Source: Candidatus Moranbacteria bacterium GW2011_GWE1_49_15
Lineage (GTDB): Bacteria; Patescibacteriota; Minisyncoccia; Moranbacterales; GWC2-37-73
DNA: 43,983 nt
Assembly (NCBI GenBank): GCA_001003855.1
Contig: LCPX01000011.1
Span: 3,681 to 47,663, forward strand
Direction of reading: 5' to 3'
Shown here: piece after piece, positions 17,514 to 24,723 of the stretch
How the letters are laid out: the number at the start of each line of letters is the position of its first letter
How positions within the stretch are numbered: position 1 is the stretch's first letter
Position numbers and translations under genes: made by a program
The notes under the pieces: generated by a model
What the model was told of the DNA's origin: nothing
Seen by the model: only the letters and a program-made list of their open reading frames with translations
The model's database searches: none

Positions 17514-17549
17514 TATCGGAGTTCGACTCCGATACGGAGTCGAACTCCG
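17514..17549. repeat. Two further family-2 palindromes (cggagttcgactccg and its reverse complement), back to back
   Basis: 17517-17531 is identical to 17471-17485. 17535-17549 is the reverse-complement version. Confidence 0.75.
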
Positions 17550-17569
17550 AATTCAAACAAATCTGAATG

Positions 17570-17923
17570 CTACTCTTTTCCATCCCCGCTTTTCCCCATC
17601 TTATGCAAGAACCAATTGACCAAGGAGAGCACCAAGGAAAAGGCCAGGGCCCAGAAGAATCCGTCCACATGGAACCCTTCCACGATTTTCGAAGCCAACA
17701 TGATGAGTCCGGCATTGATGGCCAAAGTGAACAGGCCGAGCGTCAAAATAGAAATCGGAAGCGTGAGAATCACCAGAACTGGCCTAATGAAAGCGTTGAG
17801 GATCCCGATAATCAGCGCCGTGACAAGCGCCGCGAACAAACCCTCCACAAAAACGCCCGGGAGGAGGTAGGCGGTAATGAATACGGCGAGGGCGGATGCG
17901 AGCCAATGGAGAAGTATGCGCAT
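17570..17923 (-). CDS. Phage-holin-family-4 / DUF360 membrane protein
   Basis: 117 aa with four hydrophobic helices. It carries the family-typical LLPGVxVxG...NAFIRPVLxxLTLPxxxLTLGLF...VxGFHVDGFxxA. Confidence 0.85.
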   Translation of the reverse strand: MRILLHWLASALAVFITAYLLPGVFVEGLFAALVTALIIGILNAFIRPVLVILTLPISILTLGLFTLAINAGLIMLASKIVEGFHVDGFFWALAFSLVLSLVNWFLHKMGKSGDGKE

Positions 17924-17994
17924 AGTTTTTGGTTTTTAGTTTGTAGTTTTTAGGTTATAGGGAAAGTATAACACGAAACGAAGCGACGCTTCGT

Positions 17995-18118
17995 AATTTT
18001 AAATTTCAAATTTCTAATTTTGAATCAATTTTAAATGTCACAATTCAGAATGTTTCAAACTTAAATCATTGAAAAATTAAGATTTCGATTGAAATTAAAA
18101 ATTCGAAATTAAAAATTT
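17995..18118. repeat. AT-rich low-complexity island with dyad symmetry
   Basis: It consists of aatttt/aaattt-type words. It shares aattttaaatgt and an approximately matching (indels) ttga(-/t)(a/t)aaaatt(a/c)agattt(c/-)gatt...aaattaaaaatt segment with 5950-6018. Confidence 0.6.
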
Positions 18119-19045
18119 TCCCGTAGGTATTCCTCCGTTATCCTCTTGATTTCATTGAAATCCTCCGCTTCCATAAGTTTCACCCGAAGCTCTTTCGCTC
18201 CGGAAAAGCCGCTCACGTACGCCTTGTAGTGTTTCTTCATCACATGGAAACCTTTTACCCCCTCCATCTCTTTTTCGAAAAGCTCCGTGTGCTCTAGCAT
18301 TATTTCCAATCTTTTTTTCAAAGTAATTTCCTTTTGTTCGCGGTCGAAAAACCAGGGCTTGCCGAAGATTCCCCGGCCGACCATGATTCCATCCAGACCG
18401 AAATGCTCGGCTTTTTCAATTCCCTCTTCCAGACTTTTCACGTCTCCGTTTCCAACTACGACTATCCCAGCTTCGCGCGCGATCTCGGCGGCCTTGGCGA
18501 TCTCGTCCCAATGCGCGTCCACCTCGGACATCTCTTTCTTGGTCCGCCCGTGCACGATAAGGCAATCCGGTTTCTCTGCTACAATCTGGGAAATCCATTC
18601 TTCCGTTTCGATCTTGTTGAAGCCGATCCTGGTTTTGACCGAAACTGGAATGTTCGGCGCGCCTTCCTTGGCCGCGCGGATCACCTCCCTCGCCAATTCG
18701 GGAGTTCTGATCAATGCGGATCCAGCCCCCTGCTTGATAACCGCCTTGTCCGGGCACCCCATATTGATATCCAATCCGTCGAATCCCAAATTTGATGTTT
18801 TCAGGATGCGCTCCGAAAATCTGCGCCACGATCGGGCGCTCGTTCTCGGAAAATCTCAATTCTTTGCTTAGAAATTTCCTCCCCTCTTCGCTAGCCAACC
18901 CGTCAGCCGAAACGAATTCGGTATAAAAGACGTCCGGCGCTCCGTATTTGGCGAACATCTGACGGAACGCGAAATCAGTGACGTCCGCCATCGGCGCCAT
19001 GACAAAGAATGGGCGTTTTAATTTTAACCAGAAATTTTTCTTCAT
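18109..19045 (-). pseudogene. dus: tRNA-dihydrouridine synthase (Dus), disrupted by a frameshift or short deletion
   Basis: The N-terminal part (MAPMADVTDFAFR...AQIFGAHPENI) is in one frame (ORF 18416..19045). LGFDGLDINMGCPDK...SVKTRIG...HGRT is in another (ORF 18109..18789). The junction is near 18790-18810, and about 8 aa expected between PE and DINMGCP are missing. Confidence 0.75.
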
Positions 19046-19095
19046 AATTCAATTATACGATATTCGAGGGTATTTATCAGATATTCCATTCTTTG

Positions 19096-19213
19096 AATTT
19101 CTAATTCCTAATTTCTAATTCCTAATAAAATTCCAAATTTCCAATACTTAAAAGCAACTACTTTTGATGGATTTTATTAGGTGAATTAGGTGAATTAGGT
19201 GAATTAGAAATTT
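19096..19213. repeat. AT-rich inverted-repeat island with tandem 14-mers and 9-mers
   Basis: The left arm is aatttctaattcct repeated twice (19096-19126). The right arm is ttaggtgaa repeated three times plus ttagaaatt (19176-19213). The ends are mutually reverse-complementary (aatttctaatt / aattagaaatt). Confidence 0.7.
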
Positions 19214-19225
19214 GTCATTACGGAA

Positions 19226-19250
19226 TAAAAAAGGGCCGAAGCCCTTTTTT
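19226..19250 (-). terminator. Rho-independent terminator
   Basis: aaaaaagggc / cgaa / gccctttttt abuts the stop codon at 19250-19252. Confidence 0.8.
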
Positions 19251-19621
19251 TATTCCGCCGTCTGTCCGTCCTCGGCTTTCTTGAAGTTCACCTTGAAGAC
19301 CGGCTCATATGGATTCTCATATTCATCCTTCACCTCGACCCTCCCCCCCTTCATCAATGTCGTCATCGCGATGTCCGTCATCATCTCCTTGTTTGTTTCC
19401 ATTTCGAATTTGATGTCGTCCAATTTTTCCCAAGCTTTCCCCATCTCCGCTTGGATCCTGGTCTCGATCTGCTTCTTCTTCTCGCGGAGCTGTTTCATCT
19501 GCTCGACGATCTCCTCATATTCGTCCGCCTGCGCCAGCGCGTCCTTGTACATCTCCTTAAGGTCCTTCTGCTCCTTCTTCATCTCCCTCATCTTGATGAA
19601 AATCTCCTGGATGTTCTGCAT
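19250..19621 (-). CDS. Hypothetical coiled-coil protein
   Basis: The ORF is 19250..19657 with a GTG start. I prefer the ATG at 19621 (MQNIQEIF...). The N-terminal two thirds are rich in Glu, Lys and heptad-like patterns. I recognise no domain. Confidence 0.6.
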   Translation of the reverse strand: MQNIQEIFIKMREMKKEQKDLKEMYKDALAQADEYEEIVEQMKQLREKKKQIETRIQAEMGKAWEKLDDIKFEMETNKEMMTDIAMTTLMKGGRVEVKDEYENPYEPVFKVNFKKAEDGQTAE

Positions 19622-19634
19622 TTGTTTTATGGCG

Positions 19635-19670
19635 ACCCGAATGACTCGACTGAGCACCCGAATGACTCGA
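19635..19670. promoter_or_regulatory. Two exact 15-nt direct repeats spaced 21 nt, upstream of 19250..19621
   Basis: acccgaatgactcga occurs at 19635-19649 and again at 19656-19670. This is a possible operator. Confidence 0.35.
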
Positions 19671-19720
19671 ATAATTTTTAATACCTACCCATCCTATCAC
19701 AGAAACGGAAACCGTAAAAG

Positions 19721-19752
19721 ATTAAAGGGAGAGTGTTCACTCTCCCTTTTTT
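19721..19752 (-). terminator. Terminator hairpin overlapping the Nudix stop codon
   Basis: gggagagt / gttc / actctccc is flanked by A- and T-runs. The TGA stop (19737-19739) lies inside the hairpin. Confidence 0.65.
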
Positions 19753-20126
19753 ATCCGCAAATAAAATTTCAAAATATTTTCGGTTATCACGGAAAGGTTT
19801 TGCGAAAAGACGTTATCCCACGCAAACCAGCATGACTCATGCTCTCCCTCCTGAGAAAGTCCGCTTCCGGCGATATCCCCGACAAACACAGCGACCTCTA
19901 TATTTTTGCGTCTTGTCGGTGAAATCCCTCGAAATAACCCCGGGAGCCTCCTTGTGACAGAAATCACTTCCTCACATATCTCCTCCGCGACTTCTCTTTT
20001 CATGCAAGCGATTTCAGATTCCCCTTTTTCAATTTTTCCTCCAGGTAAAGACCAGAAATCTCCGTCTTTTACCAACAGGATTCTCCCCTCTTTTTCAATG
20101 AGGATGCATGCGACTTTTACTGCCAT
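19737..20126 (-). CDS. Nudix hydrolase
   Basis: The Nudix box is GGKIEKGESEIACMKREVAEEI. I chose the ATG at 20126 (MAVKVACILIEKEG...), which is preceded by GGGAGGGA. The longer ORF to 20204 adds a non-family extension. Confidence 0.85.
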   Translation of the reverse strand: MAVKVACILIEKEGRILLVKDGDFWSLPGGKIEKGESEIACMKREVAEEICEEVISVTRRLPGLFRGISPTRRKNIEVAVFVGDIAGSGLSQEGEHESCWFAWDNVFSQNLSVITENILKFYLRIKKGE

Positions 20127-20318
20127 AAGTCCCTCCCTTGGATTTTGACAATGAACTCCGAAATTATCTTCAAGCCATATTACCACCCGGAGACAAAAAA
20201 GCAACCAATTTTACTTGTGGCTGCCTTCTTGCCTATCTTTTGAATTCCATGCGATTTCCCTTGGGAAATTTTCGCTTAGATTTTTTCTTAACGCTTTTGG
20301 CGTTTTTTGTTTTTTTAT

Positions 20319-20777
20319 TTAATTTTTAGTATCATTAATTCTTTCAATTTGTTTTAAAAGATTATCGCCATTTTTTAGTCTTTCACTATTTTTTAATCCA
20401 TCAGCCATTAGTGCTGGCGGCACATGAACATCATCACTTTCTTTTTCTGAAAGATTTATTATACAATGCTGAATCAAACCAAGATGTTCTTTTATAACTC
20501 TCATTTCCTTGTTGTTAAATTTTGCCGCAATTACATCTTCCAGTTCATTAAGGTAGTGGATAGTTTCTATCCCTAATTTTTGCTGTTCATTTAATCTGTC
20601 GAAAATCTCCTCATCTTCAATTTGATTAGCCTGTTCTCTGGTTACTTCGAGTCTTAGCCCGTTTTCATCAGCCACATACTCGGCTCCTCCCTTGATAAGC
20701 TCAGCATCAGACAAGGCTCTTTCTTTTTGGATTTTTGCCATCTCCTCCGGAGTAGGCATTTTTGGCTCTCCCATCAT
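20319..20777 (-). CDS. Hypothetical protein (152 aa), low-GC orphan
   Basis: A long ORF, acidic and helical. Its GC content is visibly lower than its neighbours. I recognise no domain. Confidence 0.6.
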   Translation of the reverse strand: MMGEPKMPTPEEMAKIQKERALSDAELIKGGAEYVADENGLRLEVTREQANQIEDEEIFDRLNEQQKLGIETIHYLNELEDVIAAKFNNKEMRVIKEHLGLIQHCIINLSEKESDDVHVPPALMADGLKNSERLKNGDNLLKQIERINDTKN

Positions 20778-20859
20778 AAATTTGTTTTTGCGGAATATTG
20801 CCGCTTTTTTTTAATTAATTAAATTAATTTACTTACTTGATTTATCATGCTTCCCTAGC

Positions 20860-20884
20860 AACCTAAAACCCATAACCTAAAACC
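20860..20884. repeat. Direct repeat of aacctaaaacc (two copies)
   Basis: Copies at 20860-20870 and 20874-20884, separated by cat. The second overlaps the stop of 20884..21579. Confidence 0.6.
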
Positions 20885-21579
20885 TAGTTAAGAATCTTCC
20901 CCGCATACATATCCACATCCCTTATCCACTTGTCCACGCTTTCGGGATTATGGGCGGCGCAGGAGGAGCCGCATTTCCAAACGATCATATTTTTGGCGGA
21001 CTCGACATCGTTTCGTTCGATGATTTCCTCAACCCTTCTGCCGACGATGCTGACCGCCTCTTGGGGAGAATCGAAACAGGTGTGCCCGCCGCTTCCCATA
21101 TTTTCCCTGATGCCGCGGTATCCCCAATAATTGAAACAATCCTGTCCGTTAAGCACCGGCTTTCTTTTTCCCCAATTGCTTTCCTTCCTGGCGATCCCCA
21201 CCAAAAAGGCGGCCGTCTTCTTGTCCTTTTCCGCGATATAGGGAGCCATGATCTCAATCGGCGTGCCTTTGACCAATTCTCGTATCTTATTTTCCAAATT
21301 TTCCTTCCTGACCTCTTCCAAGGTCTTGGGGGCCGGGATGTCCTTCACAAGCTCATCGTAATAATGTCTTTGGACGGCAGTGGCATATCCGGCGAATATT
21401 ATCCCGAACGCCAAAACGGCCATTCTGGATTGGCGGACCGACATTTTCCCGAGATTGAAGCTTCTCTTGATTTCCGCCCCCAGAAATCCGGCTTTTTCAC
21501 GGACAGCTTTAAAATAAGCCTTCTTTGCGGTCTTGGCTTGCTTTAGGATCCTATTGAATTTTTTAAGTATTTTTTTCAT
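20884..21579 (-). CDS. Membrane-anchored hypothetical protein, possibly lysozyme/transglycosylase-like
   Basis: 231 aa with an N-terminal TM helix (MAVLAFGIIFAGYATAV). The segment GIARKESNWG resembles the catalytic Glu-Ser region of SLT-type enzymes. The functional call is weak. Confidence 0.6.
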   Translation of the reverse strand: MKKILKKFNRILKQAKTAKKAYFKAVREKAGFLGAEIKRSFNLGKMSVRQSRMAVLAFGIIFAGYATAVQRHYYDELVKDIPAPKTLEEVRKENLENKIRELVKGTPIEIMAPYIAEKDKKTAAFLVGIARKESNWGKRKPVLNGQDCFNYWGYRGIRENMGSGGHTCFDSPQEAVSIVGRRVEEIIERNDVESAKNMIVWKCGSSCAAHNPESVDKWIRDVDMYAGKILN

Positions 21580-21696
21580 ATTTTGGCTTTACCCCTGTTA
21601 AATGATTTGCTACGCAAATCCCTTTAAATAAAGGATATAACGGGGTGAAAATAAAGAGAAAGCGGGCTTTCACCCGCTTTCTATTCTTTATCCTAT
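21580..21696 (-). promoter_or_regulatory. Structured leader of about 117 nt upstream of 20884..21579
   Basis: A 10-bp hairpin (21657-21682) plus U-tract comes first. It is followed by nested helices: cccctgtta (21592-21600) with taacgggg (21638-21645), enclosing gatttgc/gcaaatc and tccttta/aaaggga hairpins. Confidence 0.4.
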
Positions 21697-21702
21697 ATGT
21701 CT

Positions 21703-21731
21703 ATTATACACCCTTTTAAGCAAAAAGTCAA
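21703..21731 (-). promoter_or_regulatory. Near-consensus sigma70 promoter
   Basis: On the minus strand: TTGACT (21726-21731), a 17-nt spacer, then TATAAT (21703-21708). Confidence 0.55.
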
Positions 21732-21758
21732 TGTCCGCGCTTGCGGTATCCTTATTTT

Positions 21759-22025
21759 TCATATCAAATCTTTCTTCATTTGTTCGAACTGCTCTTTGGA
21801 AATTTCGCCTTTGGCGTAACGCTCTTTCAAAATCCGCATGGCTCCGCCCCCTTCTCCCGTCTTGAGTTTTCCTTGTTCATTGGCCCACTTGATAAGCGTG
21901 TAGATTCCCCAGATTACCAGCGCCCAAAAAACGAGTGTGAAAATCCAGCCCAACCCGAAACCGAACCATCCCATCATTCCACCGATTCCTCCTGCTCCGG
22001 GGCCACAAGTATAATTTCCCCACAT
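21759..22025 (-). CDS. SHOCT-domain membrane protein
   Basis: 88 aa with a Gly/Trp-rich TM segment. The C-terminal ILKERYAKGEISKEQFEQMKKDL matches the SHOCT motif. Confidence 0.85.
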   Translation of the reverse strand: MWGNYTCGPGAGGIGGMMGWFGFGLGWIFTLVFWALVIWGIYTLIKWANEQGKLKTGEGGGAMRILKERYAKGEISKEQFEQMKKDLI

Positions 22026-22083
22026 ATTTTTTGTGGTTAATTGTTAGATGAATATAGTACGACCGGGAGAATAAAAAATTGCA

Positions 22084-22110
22084 AAACAAAAACCGCCCTC
22101 CTGCGGGCGG
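22084..22110 (-). terminator. Rho-independent terminator
   Basis: ccgccc / tcctgc / gggcgg, with tttttgtttt on the minus strand. It lies 18 nt after the stop at 22128. Confidence 0.8.
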
Positions 22111-22127
22111 CTATTTGAAAAATACCA

Positions 22128-22895
22128 TCAACCGTTTTTCTTCTTTTCATTGAGCATCTCCTTTACCTCCAAAACCGTCTTTTCGATCTGCTCTATCTTC
22201 TCCATGTCGTGTTCCTTTTGGAATTTTTGGACGATTTTCTCCTCGCCGCGGAGTTTCCTCTCGATGACGTCTTTGGCTTCATAAATCCGCATGAAGGAAA
22301 AAACCGAAACGGCGGCGAATACTATGCCGACTAAATTGACCAGGAAAAGTTCGAAAGAGCCGATGACCATGTCCTTTTCCAAAAAAGAAATCGAGATGCC
22401 GACGGTCGCCAGCGGAGGAATAAGGGCGACCGCTATCGCTATTCCCGGGAGGATTTCCGAAAGCGCAGGCCGCACCAAGGCGTATGCGACGGCCGCCCCG
22501 GAAACCATGGCGATGAGAAGATAGGCCAAGGAAGGCGAAGTCCTGGAAAATATCTCGGATGTCATCTCGCCGTTCAGGGTAAAAGAGGAGATTATGAAAG
22601 AAATTATCACAACGGTCAGCGCGGACCAAACGATAATTGAACCGGCCCTTTTTATCAGTTTGGTATTTCCTACCACTACCCCCATCGAAAATCCGAGAAT
22701 CGGGGAAAGGATCGGGGCGATCAGCATCCCTCCGATAACCACCCCCGCGCTGTCAATCAAAAGTCCCAGCGTGACGATAATCGCGGAAAGGATAAGCATC
22801 AGATAAAAATCCACCCTTGGAGCGCTTTGGTCGAAAACCCTTGCCACCGCGTCTTCTCTTTGGGATTTCGTGAGTCTAGATGATTTCAAAAGCAT
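22128..22895 (-). CDS. DUF389 (TIGR00341-type) integral membrane protein
   Basis: 255 aa and multi-TM. It has the family-typical LIDSAGVVIGGMLIAPILSPILG. Confidence 0.8.
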   Translation of the reverse strand: MLLKSSRLTKSQREDAVARVFDQSAPRVDFYLMLILSAIIVTLGLLIDSAGVVIGGMLIAPILSPILGFSMGVVVGNTKLIKRAGSIIVWSALTVVIISFIISSFTLNGEMTSEIFSRTSPSLAYLLIAMVSGAAVAYALVRPALSEILPGIAIAVALIPPLATVGISISFLEKDMVIGSFELFLVNLVGIVFAAVSVFSFMRIYEAKDVIERKLRGEEKIVQKFQKEHDMEKIEQIEKTVLEVKEMLNEKKKNG

Positions 22896-22951
22896 GTTTT
22901 TTCTTTTTTATATTTACATGGATGACCTCATTATAACATGTTCGGAAAATT

Positions 22952-23674
22952 TCAACTCCTCATCCCGAAAATTGCCATCATCGCTTCCAACTTCTCTGGA
23001 CGCCCGTATGAATCCCTCCTGTAGGAAAAATATTTTTCCTTTTCGCGGAAAGTGCATTCCGGACTGGTCTCTATATTGCCCGCGGCAATCCCCTCTTCCA
23101 ACAATTGATGCTTCGCTATCGCCTTGGTATCCAAAAATATCTTCCGGTCCCTCACTTCGAATGACCCTGGGATATGCGCGAACTTGTCCGCCAACTCGCT
23201 TCCGACCTCATAGTGGCATTTCTCCATTCCTGGTCCTATGGCGACCAGGATATTTTCCGCCGTGGCCCCGCTTTCTTTCATCATTCCGACAGCCTTGGAT
23301 ATGATGCCTTTTTCCAATCCTCCCCATCCGGCGTGCGCCAATCCCAAAACCTCGGCTTCGGGGTCGAAAAGGAAAACCGGCAGACAATCCGAGACCGTCA
23401 CTGTCAAAAAAACATCCTTGTCCTTCGTGACGAACCCGTCGGTAGTATCGAAAAATTTTCCCCCGTCCCCCTTGCCCACCAGGGCGATACTGTCCCCATG
23501 GGTGAGATACGCCGTGACGGAATTTTCCATTTCAACGCCCAAACCATCCAGGAATATCTTCCTGTTTTCCTTGACGCCGTCCTCCTCAGAACTGTCAGCA
23601 TAGACCTTCATGGACCCGTCCCTCCTTTCGGAAACCGCGGCTATGACGTTGTATTTTTTGAATATGTCGAACAT
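22952..23674 (-). CDS. pgeF: Peptidoglycan editing factor PgeF / YfiH (DUF152, laccase-domain protein)
   Basis: 240 aa with VSDCLPVFLFD, LGLAHAGWGG and CHYEVG motifs. Confidence 0.88.
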   Translation of the reverse strand: MFDIFKKYNVIAAVSERRDGSMKVYADSSEEDGVKENRKIFLDGLGVEMENSVTAYLTHGDSIALVGKGDGGKFFDTTDGFVTKDKDVFLTVTVSDCLPVFLFDPEAEVLGLAHAGWGGLEKGIISKAVGMMKESGATAENILVAIGPGMEKCHYEVGSELADKFAHIPGSFEVRDRKIFLDTKAIAKHQLLEEGIAAGNIETSPECTFREKEKYFSYRRDSYGRPEKLEAMMAIFGMRS

Positions 23675-23717
23675 ATGTTTGTATTACATTCGGAAGAGTA
23701 AAAAGTAAACCGTACTT

Positions 23718-24161
23718 ATGGATAAGATACAAAAAAACTATTCCGGGCATTTCATTTCCATGGTCGCCTATGGCGCCTTGGTGTCGATCGCGATAAGCGT
23801 ATTATACAGCCTCGGCAAGATCGGAACAAAAATCCCCTCATTCGACCTTGTTATCCTGGGCTTGGCGACCTTCCGCCTCACCCATCTTTTCGTTTATGAC
23901 ATGGTGACCGATTACATCCGTGACTATTTCGGAAAATTCGAACGCGGCGCGGGCAAAACCTTGTCCGAACTTTTGAACTGCCCTTGGTGTACGGGCGTTT
24001 GGGCCGCTCTCCTGATAGGCTTCCTCTATCTGCTCACCCCGCTGGCCTATTATCCGATCTTTTTCGTGGCGCTGGCCGGAATAGGGTCGATCTTCCAGAT
24101 CATCAGCATCTATATCGTGCGGCTCACCCCATCGCAATATAAAAAGGAAATCAAGGATTGA
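23718..24161 (+). CDS. DUF1360 membrane protein
   Basis: 147 aa with LATFRLTHLFVYD and CPWCTGVWAA motifs. Confidence 0.8.
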   Translation: MDKIQKNYSGHFISMVAYGALVSIAISVLYSLGKIGTKIPSFDLVILGLATFRLTHLFVYDMVTDYIRDYFGKFERGAGKTLSELLNCPWCTGVWAALLIGFLYLLTPLAYYPIFFVALAGIGSIFQIISIYIVRLTPSQYKKEIKD

Positions 24162-24198
24162 CCGCTTTCTTTTATTGCAAACGAACCGCTTAAACAAA

Positions 24199-24233
24199 AT
24201 ACGACCGCCGACATGAGCCGGCGGTCGTATTTG
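24199..24233. terminator. Bidirectional terminator between convergent genes
   Basis: atacgaccgccg / 8-nt loop / cggcggtcgtat gives a 12-bp stem, with flanking A- and T-runs. Confidence 0.8.
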
Positions 24234-24246
24234 TGCTGGGACGTTT

Positions 24247-24651
24247 TTACATTTCTTTTCCCATCACCTTTCCTCCCATGATGGAATATTTTCCAGGTCC
24301 GGCGAGCGCTATCGCCAAGGAAGCGAGCAGCAACGTCAGCTCCAATTCATAACCCCCGGAGAAACCCTGGGAGAATTTGACCAGATAGATCGCGAAGAAC
24401 ATATTGATCGCCAGCAGGAATCCGAAGATTCTCGTGAAAATCCCCAAAAGCATCGCGAATCCGCCGAAAAACTCAACAAAAGTCACGATGTAGACGAAGA
24501 ATGCGGGAATCCCCAGGTTGCCGAAAAAAGTTTCGACACCGGCCAAACCGGTTAATTTCCCGTAACCGTGGATGATAAAAACCAAAGCGAGCGCGATCCT
24601 CACCAAAAGCAGTCCCAGGTCCTGGTTGGTCATTTTTTCAAAATTCCTCAT
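24247..24651 (-). CDS. DoxX family membrane protein
   Basis: 134 aa with four TM helices and LLLVRIALALVFIIHGYGKL. Confidence 0.85.
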   Translation of the reverse strand: MRNFEKMTNQDLGLLLVRIALALVFIIHGYGKLTGLAGVETFFGNLGIPAFFVYIVTFVEFFGGFAMLLGIFTRIFGFLLAINMFFAIYLVKFSQGFSGGYELELTLLLASLAIALAGPGKYSIMGGKVMGKEM

Positions 24652-24723
24652 ATTTTTTTACTGAATTATTAATTATTTAAAAACTAAATACCATGCACGT
24701 ATTACAAAGTCCGCGATTTTTTC

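Noticed and set aside
17471-17549. tRNA-like T-arm (GGAGTTCGACTCC), suggesting a tRNA gene or tRNA-derived element.
   Set aside because: No acceptor, D or anticodon arms can be drawn around any of the three copies. They behave as simple hairpins, one of them with a terminator T-tract.
18416-18789. Treating the two overlapping dus ORFs as two separate genes.
   Set aside because: Each carries only half of the Dus TIM-barrel motifs. The overlapping tail of the upstream frame (GIRRIGYQYGVPGQGG...) is Gly/Arg-rich out-of-frame sequence.
19096-19213. Possible CRISPR array, suggested by the short tandem repeats.
   Set aside because: The units are only 9 and 14 nt, are directly abutting with no unique spacers, and no cas genes are present in the window.
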